Shown piece after piece: positions 16,089 through 24,184 of a DNA stretch of 28,738 bases. Position 1 is the stretch's first letter; each line of letters starts with the position of its first letter. The notes under the pieces are model-generated. The model was not told where the DNA came from. It worked only from the letters and a program-made list of their open reading frames with translations, and did not search any database. Made by a program: the position numbers and the translations under genes. Origin of the DNA: Pyrinomonadaceae bacterium (lineage in GTDB: Bacteria; Acidobacteriota; Blastocatellia; Pyrinomonadales; Pyrinomonadaceae); assembly GCA_050999015.1 (NCBI GenBank), contig JBPCPQ010000291.1, forward strand, positions 1 through 28,738, written 5' to 3'.

Positions 16089-16198
16089 ATGAAACGGTTT
16101 TTGGAAACACACCAAGTGTGTTCCAGAATCATCCTTAGTAAGCGTCTTTTAGGACGCTAAGGATTCCAGTTTCGTGGTTCAAACCTACTGCGTTTCAT
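16089..16198. other. Candidate structured element (multi-stem, 110 nt)
   Basis: Closing stem ATGAAACG/CGTTTCAT (8 bp) encloses hairpins TGGAAACACAC-CAA-GTGTGTTCCA and ATCCTT..AGCGTC-TTTTAG-GACGCT-AAGGAT in AT-rich DNA. Confidence 0.45.
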
Positions 16199-16256
16199 GA
16201 TAAGGACTAACCCTCGGTTGCTCAGTTGTCTGCAATGAAGTTAGGATGATTTCAGT

Positions 16257-17981
16257 ATGAGAATGATTTGGAAGGCTTCATTAATCACCCTACTGCTGAT
16301 TGCGATAGGGGCCGGATGGCTATGGTGGAACCGCGTCCAATCGGTTGATATGTCGAGATATGTTCCGGCTGATTCAATCATCTACGCCGAAGCCAACAGC
16401 TTGCCCGAAATCATATCGGCCTTCGGTTCAACCGACGCGTGGCAATCTCTCGCTCCGCACGCAGGCATTGATGTTGATGTTGCGAAAGCGGTTTGGTTGA
16501 GCAGAATCGCCAAGTGGACTGGTATCGGCGCAGCTGAAGCGGTCGTGCTGTCGCGCGCTCAGATTGCGGTAACCGTGCTCGGCGTCGAGGCCTTTGAAGA
16601 CTCCGCGTCAACACTCAAGGTCGCTCCCCGCATCGCGCTCGTCGCCGAAACTCACTGCGGGGAATCCCGCGCGCGTGCCGCCGCCGAAAAAATCGTCGGG
16701 GAGTTTGCTAGTCGCGCCTACACGTCTCCGCGTGTCGAGCGCAAAGACGTCGGCGGCACGTCTTTTATCTCGTGGATTGCGCCGCATGACGCGCGACGAA
16801 AAATCGTCGCGGCTGTGTCAGGAAGCGTCATAATTGTCGGTAACAACGACGCGGCCGTTGAGGCGTGCCTCGCTGTCGCCCGTGGTGAGCGTCCCGATTT
16901 AGGTGAGAACGTCGGACTACACCAGACGCGCAAGCAATTTACGCTACCAGACTCGCCCGCCTTCGGCTTCGTTCCGCAGGGCGGCGCGGCGAAGCTTTTG
17001 GAAGTCGCGGTCTTACCCTACGCCGGACAGATTTCTTCCAATCAAAATATCCAAAGCTTGGCCGCGAGCCTCGCGCCGCAACTCGGCAACAAACTCATCA
17101 GCATCGGAGCGTGGAGCGCCCGCCTGAGCAACGGAATGATTGAAGACCGATTTTATATCGGCCTGCCCGATGGCTTGGCCTCGCGCGTGCAGACGGCGTT
17201 TGCCCCGGCAGAGAAATATGACGGGAACGCCAGCCAACTGCTTCCCGCCGACACGTACCAAATAACCCAGTACAACTATCGTGACCCTGAAGGAGCGTGG
17301 CGCGGATTTCAAGCGGCGATTGCTTCTCAACTCGACCCGCTCAGCGCCCCGTTCGTCGGAGTCGTTCTTGACGGAGCGATGAAGCCTTACGGGATTGAAA
17401 CTCCGCGCGAGTTTCTGCGCTCCGTCGGGCCTGAAATTATAACCGCCCGTCTCGACGAATCTGGCAACAGCACAGTGCTGATCGTCACGGCACGCGACGC
17501 GCGAGCGTTGCGCGAGCAACTACGCAAAAGATTCGGAACCCTCGCGCGCACGACGAAGGTCGGCAAAGAAGAAATGATCATTTCCCCGAAGCCGGAGCGC
17601 GGCGCCGCCAGTTTCGTTTCCAACTTCCTTATCACGGGGAGCGAAGAAAGCGTTCGTCGGTGTTTGAAGGCTTACGATGCCGGGAACACTCTCGCCGCTA
17701 ACGAACATTTTAAACGAGCCGCCGAGCATTTACCCGCCGACAGCCAATTCAATGTTGTGACCTACACTGACGACAGAGAATCCACACGCTTGTTTTTTTC
17801 ACGCCTTGCCGGGCAGAACAGTACGGATGCGACCCTACCGAAAGCCAAACGCTTCGAGGAATTGCTGAAGGGTGATTCTTACACGATAACTGTAACCGAA
17901 TTAGTAGATAACGGTTTCATGCGGCAAACGTACTCAAGCTTCGGACAGTTCAGTAAGCTGGTCGGAGAGCTTGCCCGTTAA
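16257..17981 (+). CDS. Membrane-anchored/exported hypothetical protein (resembles DUF3352-type proteins)
   Basis: 574-aa ORF with N-terminal TM/signal (LITLLLIAIGAGWLWW) followed by YVPADSIIYAE, and an internal similar LLPADTY segment. Family assignment is tentative. Confidence 0.75.
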   Translation: MRMIWKASLITLLLIAIGAGWLWWNRVQSVDMSRYVPADSIIYAEANSLPEIISAFGSTDAWQSLAPHAGIDVDVAKAVWLSRIAKWTGIGAAEAVVLSRAQIAVTVLGVEAFEDSASTLKVAPRIALVAETHCGESRARAAAEKIVGEFASRAYTSPRVERKDVGGTSFISWIAPHDARRKIVAAVSGSVIIVGNNDAAVEACLAVARGERPDLGENVGLHQTRKQFTLPDSPAFGFVPQGGAAKLLEVAVLPYAGQISSNQNIQSLAASLAPQLGNKLISIGAWSARLSNGMIEDRFYIGLPDGLASRVQTAFAPAEKYDGNASQLLPADTYQITQYNYRDPEGAWRGFQAAIASQLDPLSAPFVGVVLDGAMKPYGIETPREFLRSVGPEIITARLDESGNSTVLIVTARDARALREQLRKRFGTLARTTKVGKEEMIISPKPERGAASFVSNFLITGSEESVRRCLKAYDAGNTLAANEHFKRAAEHLPADSQFNVVTYTDDRESTRLFFSRLAGQNSTDATLPKAKRFEELLKGDSYTITVTELVDNGFMRQTYSSFGQFSKLVGELAR

Positions 17982-18012
17982 GCCGGATGTGTCGCCGACT
18001 GACTGATTGAAC

Positions 18013-19467
18013 TTATGGATTAATGGCGGGGTAATCGAAAGGGTGCGCAGAGAACACGGCACGCATGTTTATTTGCCCGAATAGTGTTTCGAGGTAAGCG
18101 CCGAAGCGGTGAAGCACCGGAGCAAGCTCAACCGCTCCACGCGCGGCGGCGACTTCCTCCAGAAATCGTTCGTAAGACTCCCAATCCTTATACATTAAAT
18201 ATCGCAAGCTTCCCTCACGGAAAGCAATCAGGCGTTCGACCAGCGGAGCGACGGGGCGCCGGTCGCGCTCCTTTTCAGCGCGCTGCACGTGTTGGAGCAG
18301 CACCCAAAGGTCGCGTCGCAGCGTCAGAGACTGATCAAGTTTAGTTTGAAAAGCCCGGAAAATCCGTGTCCCGTCAAGAGTGCTTTCAAACACCTGCGCG
18401 AGGCTGATTAAAGATTGCTGAAAGCAATCGCGTAATACGCCGTGCGCGTTTTCTACTTTGGCGTATATTGCGGGTGCCTGCTGTGCGCCGCTCAATCCGA
18501 CAAGCTCGTGTTCAAAGGCTTTCCGCATCTCCATCGCGATTGCGTAAGCGCTGCCGTCGAGAGCGCTAACCGTGGCCTCTGGCAAGCCTTTGGCGCGAAG
18601 ACATCGCGTCTCGAACAAATCCAGTAGATTGCGAGTGTCCTCGTGGACAAGGATGAAAATAGGAAGAGTCTGTTTCAGAGGCTGGTCGCGCTGCAAAAGG
18701 GATTTAATGAAGCGCAGGTGTTCGAGCAATTCTGTCAGGCCGAAAAAAACACTCAACAAGTCGGAACTGAGGGCTTCAGGTTCAACCTTTTCAGTAATCT
18801 CCCGTAGAACAGAAGGAAGTTTCGCTTTGTTCACATCTCTCGCAGTGCGCGTGAGTTGAGAGGCGACATCCGACCGACTGATGTCCCTTTCGATAATCGC
18901 CCCCAGACTTGTCCACGTGCGGAAGCCAACGCGAGGCGTGTTCAGCAAAGCGGAGCAAATAACCTGCAAGTCACCAAATGTCTCGGTAAGCGGGCTGAAG
19001 GTAAGGGAAGAGTCTCTGCCCTCCACACTGTCACTTTCATACTCCTCCGGTAAGTTCGCGGACACCTCGTCGTGGTCTCTCTCGTAGAAGGGCGCAACAG
19101 CCCATTGAGGTTGTGTTAGAGTGGCAATCAGTTTAGAACAGCGCAGCAAGATGGATTGGGTAGTGTGAGTTTCATTCGCGAAGTCCCGCTCTAAAATTCC
19201 CGCACGTTCGGATTCCGTAAACGGGTGGTAGCGAGGATTAAAGTAGCTTCCGAAAGCGCGGAGCCACATCGCAAGCTCTTCTGCAGGCGCCGCGACTTCT
19301 TCGAGAGTCGTGTCGGCCTCGTGCGTGGTGCGCGACGGTTGGGCTGTTTCAGACGCCCTGCTTTGCGCGATAAGCTCAGCGAAATTTGTGCTTGCGTTCA
19401 AACCGGATGTCCTCTGATCTTGAGGCCGATTGTCCAAACAAGAAAGGCCCCGCGAGATTGTAAGCAT
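18013..19467 (-). CDS. Hypothetical, predicted all-alpha-helical cytoplasmic protein
   Basis: 484-aa ORF with Leu/Glu/Arg-rich amphipathic helices and protein-like composition; no recognised motif. Start uncertain. Confidence 0.75.
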   Translation of the reverse strand: MLTISRGLSCLDNRPQDQRTSGLNASTNFAELIAQSRASETAQPSRTTHEADTTLEEVAAPAEELAMWLRAFGSYFNPRYHPFTESERAGILERDFANETHTTQSILLRCSKLIATLTQPQWAVAPFYERDHDEVSANLPEEYESDSVEGRDSSLTFSPLTETFGDLQVICSALLNTPRVGFRTWTSLGAIIERDISRSDVASQLTRTARDVNKAKLPSVLREITEKVEPEALSSDLLSVFFGLTELLEHLRFIKSLLQRDQPLKQTLPIFILVHEDTRNLLDLFETRCLRAKGLPEATVSALDGSAYAIAMEMRKAFEHELVGLSGAQQAPAIYAKVENAHGVLRDCFQQSLISLAQVFESTLDGTRIFRAFQTKLDQSLTLRRDLWVLLQHVQRAEKERDRRPVAPLVERLIAFREGSLRYLMYKDWESYERFLEEVAAARGAVELAPVLHRFGAYLETLFGQINMRAVFSAHPFDYPAINP

Positions 19468-19556
19468 GAACCACTTAAACAGGCAAAACAGAACGCTAGA
19501 TTTTTACTTTGTGTTTGAAAGTTGCTTTCTTCCGTAGCTACAAAGTTTCTTTTGGC

Positions 19557-20168
19557 ATGTCAAACATACCTGTCTTACTAATAGCAACCCACAATCAGGG
19601 GAAACTTCGAGAATTTAGTGCGCTTTTTAAGGAAGAAGAGATGCTGACACGAAGCCTCGCGGATTTTCCGTCAATCGGTATTGTGGAGGAGACCGGTTCG
19701 ACTTTCGCGCAAAATGCTGAGATTAAAGCCCGCTTTTACTCGAAACAAACCGGTCTCAGAACGCTCGCTGACGATTCAGGGTTGGAGGTCGAGGCGCTTG
19801 GCGGCGCCCCGGGAATTTTCTCAGCACGCTATGCTGGCCCTACCGCTTCAGACGGCGAGCGGATCGCTCACCTCCTTCGTGAGCTTAAGCGCGCGGGCGA
19901 CACACAGCGGCGTGCGCGCTTCGTCTGCGCGGTCGCCATAGCTTCGCCCGTCGCCGAAGTCACCGATATTTTTACAGGTCAATGCACCGGGAAAATCTCA
20001 CACTCTTCGCGCGGACTGAACGGATTCGGCTATGATCCGGTATTCATCCCTGACGGCTATGAGCAAACCTTTGGTGAGTTGCCGAAAGAGATTAAATTGC
20101 GGATCAGCCATCGGTTTCGTGCCTTAAAGTCCGCTCGTAACTTTCTCATTGGTCTTTCTCTGGAATGA
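19557..20168 (+). CDS. rdgB: Non-canonical purine NTP pyrophosphatase (RdgB/HAM1)
   Basis: IATHNQGKLREF, EETGSTFAQNAEIKA, ADDSGLEVEALGGAPGIFSARYAG, NGFGYDPVF and ISHRFRAL. Start assigned to ATG 19557. Confidence 0.95.
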   Translation: MSNIPVLLIATHNQGKLREFSALFKEEEMLTRSLADFPSIGIVEETGSTFAQNAEIKARFYSKQTGLRTLADDSGLEVEALGGAPGIFSARYAGPTASDGERIAHLLRELKRAGDTQRRARFVCAVAIASPVAEVTDIFTGQCTGKISHSSRGLNGFGYDPVFIPDGYEQTFGELPKEIKLRISHRFRALKSARNFLIGLSLE

Positions 20169-20169
20169 C

Positions 20170-20199
20170 TTGACCCATGCTTTAAGCCATCGCTAGAAT
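20170..20199 (+). promoter_or_regulatory. Probable sigma70 promoter for tRNA-Pro
   Basis: TTGACC, 18 nt spacer, TAGAAT; about 36 nt upstream of the tRNA. Confidence 0.6.
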
Positions 20200-20235
20200 G
20201 GCAGATAGTTTCAAGCTTCTGATGTTGAAAGATTT

Positions 20236-20309
<74 letters not shown>

Positions 20310-20539
20310 TAAGTACACTTGTCAGACCATAAATGTGGACGCGGATAACGTATTCACCTTTGATTACGATAGCCGCCGAAGACATCACAGCCGCGAGTTT
20401 ACCAACACAGAGTATGCTTTTTCGCATAAAACCGTCAAAACCAGCGTTTTTTTAAGAGACGCCGCGCCGGTCTCTGTGATATATGTCGTTACGTAAGCTT
20501 TTCAATTTTCCATTTCGCAGGAGGTAGCCACACCACGCC

Positions 20540-20851
20540 ATGGCGACGACCAAAACAGCCAAGAAACGCATGACTCAATCCGAAGTGCTCAATCACTTCG
20601 CCGAAAAGTTCGACATGAAACGCACGCAGGCAAAGGAAATCTTTGAAGAATTAGCTACGCTCGCAAGTAGCGAAGTCGCAAAGAACGGCGAATTTGCTCT
20701 GCCGGGATTCGGGAAACTGGTACTTTCAGAACGTAAAGCGCGCGAGGGACGCAATCCGCAGACTGGTGAAACTATTGCCATTCCTGCCAAAACTACGCTT
20801 AAGTTCCGCGTTAGTAAGGGAATGAAAGATACCGTCGTGCCCAAAAAGTAG
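20540..20851 (+). CDS. hup: HU family DNA-binding protein
   Basis: FALPGFGKLVLSERKAREGRNPQTGETIAIPAKTTLKFR is the HU/IHF signature; AGGAGGT upstream. Confidence 0.93.
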   Translation: MATTKTAKKRMTQSEVLNHFAEKFDMKRTQAKEIFEELATLASSEVAKNGEFALPGFGKLVLSERKAREGRNPQTGETIAIPAKTTLKFRVSKGMKDTVVPKK

Positions 20852-21450
20852 TTGCCGGCCAGATCGTTATTTTGCCACTGATAAACATCAACAACGCATC
20901 ATGCGAGTGGCGGCTGGCAGGAAGAATCTTCCGGTCAGCCGCTCCTCGCAGGTCATCTAAAGCTAATCTTTCAGTTACATCATCCCCTCCCCTCTCCGAC
21001 CGACGGGTGAGTTCTTAATCACGAGAAGAAAGAATCAGCGACAGACAACGATTTGCGATTGCGCGGGGTTCCGGTTTGGCTGCGCTTTATGCGAGCGGGA
21101 ATCTAACGCCAACGCCGATGTTCGCTTGCGTGTAGACAAGACCCTCTTGGCTGGCTAATTCTCTTATGAAATGGTGCCAAACCCAAGCTAAAAGCCCTCT
21201 AATCCTTCAATTCCCTTAAAATTTCAAGCGGCATAAAGGCGTAGAAAATTTTATAGCCTTTTTAGATAAAATCGTTTAGAATGCCGGTTTTCAAAGGCCC
21301 TACAATTTACTTCCTGAGAGATACGCTTACTGGAAGTGTGTCGGCCTGTGAGAGGAATCGTAAACGCATCCCGAAAGGGGTTCAATGCATCAAACTGTTT
21401 GTTTCGGGAAAAGAATATAAGCACATCCGATTGTTTGGGTATGCGCAATT

Positions 21451-21720
21451 ATGGAGGAGATTAGCGAAGTGAATTTTAATGTAACATTACCTTTGGATGA
21501 GCGGCTTAAAGGGATAGACCATATCCAAGCGCGCCGCTATTCCAAGTTGAATGGTATCGCCCTCGACATCGCCACAGAAGGGATTCTACGTCACTTGCGA
21601 GCCTGTGACCGGATGGATGTCAATCCCGACGTTGCAGCGGTGCGCGAAATTATTGACGATGCTCTTAATGGTCGCCGTGTTTTCGCCGAGACACATGACG
21701 ACCAGTATGTAGCGGCGTAA
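21451..21720 (+). CDS. Small hypothetical protein (89 aa, or 83 aa from GTG 21469)
   Basis: Protein-like helical sequence. GGAGGAG at 21453-21459 sits 9 nt before an in-frame GTG. Double stop TAATAA, followed by a strong hairpin. Confidence 0.7.
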   Translation: MEEISEVNFNVTLPLDERLKGIDHIQARRYSKLNGIALDIATEGILRHLRACDRMDVNPDVAAVREIIDDALNGRRVFAETHDDQYVAA

Positions 21721-21743
21721 TAATTTAGATTGCTTCCAAACCT

Positions 21744-21787
21744 TGCGAAAGGGCTGTCAGTTGCTAGCAACTGACAGCCCTTTCGCA
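21744..21787. terminator. Perfect 44-bp palindrome between convergent genes (probable bidirectional terminator)
   Basis: TGCGAAAGGGCTGTCAGTTGCTAGCAACTGACAGCCCTTTCGCA is its own reverse complement. Confidence 0.7.
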
Positions 21788-21813
21788 TGAAGAAAACTTT
21801 TATCCGACACTCA

Positions 21814-22380
21814 CTATGGATTTTCATTTTTTGCGATGCCCTTAAGTTGGAAGCGCATAATCGCGAGTAGACTTAAAGCGTCTGTAATCTCCCCGGAAAC
21901 TGACATTCGCACCGCCTCATCAATCGTCACACGTCGGATATTAAGAACCTCCGTACCATCTGGACGAGATTTGCCTTGAACGAGCTTGGTGGCTAAGAAC
22001 CAGATGGCGCGTTCATCGGTGACGGAGTTTGAAAGATACGCCTCGCCTAACTTTTCCCACTTCTCGGCATATAAGCCTGTTTCTTCTTCCAACTCGCGCC
22101 GCGCCGCATCAAGCGGTTCTTCGTCTTCCGCGCATCCGCCCTCAGGTATTTCCCATGAATACTCACCGAGCGGGTAACGGTACTGCCCGACGAGGTAAAT
22201 GAATCCTTCCTCGACGGCGAGTACTCCGATGGCAGTATTCTTGAAGCTGACCACACCGTAGATTCCCTCTTGACCGTCGGGACGAATCACGGCGTCTTCG
22301 CGGACGCTGATCCAAGGATTGTCATATATTTTTTGTGAGGAAAGTGTTCGCCATGGATTTATCGTCTCGTCGGATTTCAT
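21814..22380 (-). CDS. NUDIX hydrolase (ADP-ribose pyrophosphatase-like)
   Basis: Nudix box EGGCAEDEEPLDAARRELEEETG, YDNPWISVRED and GQYRYP motifs. Start assigned to ATG 22380. Confidence 0.9.
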   Translation of the reverse strand: MKSDETINPWRTLSSQKIYDNPWISVREDAVIRPDGQEGIYGVVSFKNTAIGVLAVEEGFIYLVGQYRYPLGEYSWEIPEGGCAEDEEPLDAARRELEEETGLYAEKWEKLGEAYLSNSVTDERAIWFLATKLVQGKSRPDGTEVLNIRRVTIDEAVRMSVSGEITDALSLLAIMRFQLKGIAKNENP

Positions 22381-22493
22381 AAACTGTCGGGAAGCCAAAG
22401 TTGTCGAACGGTGTCACGCCGACTCGATGCTTCTGTAATGTTCGTACACGTTTCAATGTTACTTGCCAAATGGCTCAATTCAAACCACTCGAC

Positions 22494-23597
22494 CTACTCG
22501 GCGGGAACATTCCGTAGCGAGTCTTGTTTCTCCATAACTGTCGGCTCGGTCATCGTTGATTCGACCGGACGCTCTGCCTGCCTGTAAACGTCTAATAAAG
22601 CGAGTGTGATGGCGACAATCACCGGCCCCATCACTAAGCCGAGAACTCCGAAGACCTGCAATCCGCCGAGAACTGAAAAGAAGATGAGTAGTTCGTGCAG
22701 CCGCGTTCTTTCACCCACCAACCGGGGACGAAGAAAGTTGTCAACCGTGCCAATTACGAGCGCGCCCCACACTGTTAGTAAAATCGCCTTCAGCCATGCC
22801 CCCGTCGCCGCCAAGTATATCGCCGCCGGAACCCACACGATGAACGCGCCGGCCATCGGTATCATTGACATAAACAGCATCACCACTCCCCACAGAAGCG
22901 GTGAAGGTAAACCTAACGCCCAAAAAGCGACGCCACCGAGCGCGCCCTGAATCGCGGCGATCACAAGCACCCCGTATAAGCTCGCGCTGATTACTTCGCG
23001 CGTGCGCTCGAATATGCTGTGCGCCTGCGCGCGCTCTAGAGGAAGAGAGTTTTTCAGACTTGTACGGATGCGCTCGCCGTCGCGGAACAAATAGTACATC
23101 GTGAAGATAACGAAAAAGATTTCCACCACGAGGCCCACGATGCCGCCGACGACGCCCAGTGTGCGCCCCGCAATTGCCCCACTGACGGCCTGCAACCGCT
23201 CCGCGATGAACTGCTGTGAACGCAGGCGCTCGGTATCAACATACTGGTCTAGCCAACGTAAGAACCGTCCCGTCAGCGGAGACTCAGGATCAAGTAAGAC
23301 TTCGACGTTTCGCTGGAGGTTCTGCGCCGCGTCGGTCACTTCGTTAACGACCGCGAGGGTGACAAGCGTCAACGGAAGAAGAATGGTTGTAATAACAATC
23401 AAGCACGAGATGGCCGAACTCCAGCTCGGGCTTTTCGTTCGTGCGACGAGCCGTTTGTGGACGGGATAGAAAACCACCACCAGCACCGCCGCCCACATTA
23501 GCACTTCAATGAAGGGTCGCAGCATTAGCCAGCACAAATAAATAGCGGCGAGTGTGGCGGCTGATAGGGCGATCCAACGGACTTCGATTTTTTTCAT
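22494..23597 (-). CDS. AI-2E family transporter (PerM/YhhT-like)
   Basis: Multiple TMs, FTMYYLFRDG, IQGALGG, DNFLRPRLVG and GGLQVFGVLGLVMGPVI are AI-2E hallmarks. Confidence 0.9.
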   Translation of the reverse strand: MKKIEVRWIALSAATLAAIYLCWLMLRPFIEVLMWAAVLVVVFYPVHKRLVARTKSPSWSSAISCLIVITTILLPLTLVTLAVVNEVTDAAQNLQRNVEVLLDPESPLTGRFLRWLDQYVDTERLRSQQFIAERLQAVSGAIAGRTLGVVGGIVGLVVEIFFVIFTMYYLFRDGERIRTSLKNSLPLERAQAHSIFERTREVISASLYGVLVIAAIQGALGGVAFWALGLPSPLLWGVVMLFMSMIPMAGAFIVWVPAAIYLAATGAWLKAILLTVWGALVIGTVDNFLRPRLVGERTRLHELLIFFSVLGGLQVFGVLGLVMGPVIVAITLALLDVYRQAERPVESTMTEPTVMEKQDSLRNVPAE

Positions 23598-23715
23598 TGC
23601 TTTAGTTTTTAGTGCTTCGTCGCCACTTTAACACACACGGCACGGGAGATTACGATTCATTCGCCGGCGCTCCCGGCGGCTTGCTGTCTGCGCCCTAAGT
23701 CTGCACACCGCCCGG

Positions 23716-23746
23716 TTGACGCAGACCGTCCGCCGCGTGATAACAT
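23716..23746 (+). promoter_or_regulatory. Possible promoter for tRNA-Arg
   Basis: TTGACG with an extended -10 TGa-TAACAT; the 19-nt spacer is long. Confidence 0.4.
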
Positions 23747-23772
23747 CGCCCGCAAATACCGTCATGGGATGT

Positions 23773-23847
<75 letters not shown>

Positions 23848-23958
23848 ATTTACCGCACATAATTTTCGGCGGGCGCTTAACTCCTCATGATGTTCACGGC
23901 GTTATACATTCATCTGCGTAGAAGACATCAGCCGACAGATCGCATATCGCTTAGGTAC

Positions 23959-23988
23959 TTGTCAGAATATAAATTGCTCCGGTACTAT
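23959..23988 (+). promoter_or_regulatory. Probable promoter for tRNA-His
   Basis: TTGTCA, 18 nt spacer, TACTAT; about 45 nt upstream of the tRNA. Confidence 0.55.
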
Positions 23989-24032
23989 GTCTCAGTTTTC
24001 GACCTTTCAAGGCGCGGTTGATTCAGCCTTAC

Positions 24033-24110
24033 GGCGGCTATAGCTCAGTCGGTTAGAGCGCAAGATTGTGGATCTTGAGGTCGAGGGTTCGAGACCCTCT
24101 AGCCGCCCCA
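24033..24110 (+). tRNA. tRNA-His(GUG) with encoded G-1 and CCA
   Basis: G-1, GCGGCTA/TAGCCGC acceptor, C73, CAAGA-TTGTGGA-TCTTG anticodon arm, GAGGG-TTCGAGA-CCCTC T arm, CCA end. Confidence 0.96.
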
Positions 24111-24125
24111 CCAATATCAGGAACT

Positions 24126-24158
24126 TACGGGCATCCACGCGATGCCCGTATCTGTTTT
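24126..24158 (+). terminator. Probable intrinsic terminator after tRNA-His
   Basis: 10-bp stem TACGGGCATC/GATGCCCGTA with a 5-nt loop, followed by TCTGTTTT. Confidence 0.6.
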
Positions 24159-24184
24159 GCGTGCCAGAGATATAAATTATCAAT

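Noticed and set aside
20970-20998. Minus-strand GGAGAGGGGAGGGG-ATG-ATG-TAA minigene
   Set aside because: No supporting promoter found; such short patterns arise easily by chance.
21360-21410. Second GEMM riboswitch (CCC-GAAA-GGG hairpin)
   Set aside because: It lacks the GGCAAAC 5' element, the CGCAAA junction and the GCCGGGUUGCC 3' strand.
21281-21472. 63-aa ORF upstream of the small protein
   Set aside because: No SD, not obviously protein-like, and it overlaps a region better explained as a structured leader.
21451-21790. tmRNA (suggested by the SsrA-like YVAA-stop)
   Set aside because: No tRNA-like 5' end, no T-arm/CCA 3' end nearby, and the tag is the end of an ordinary ORF with its own SD.
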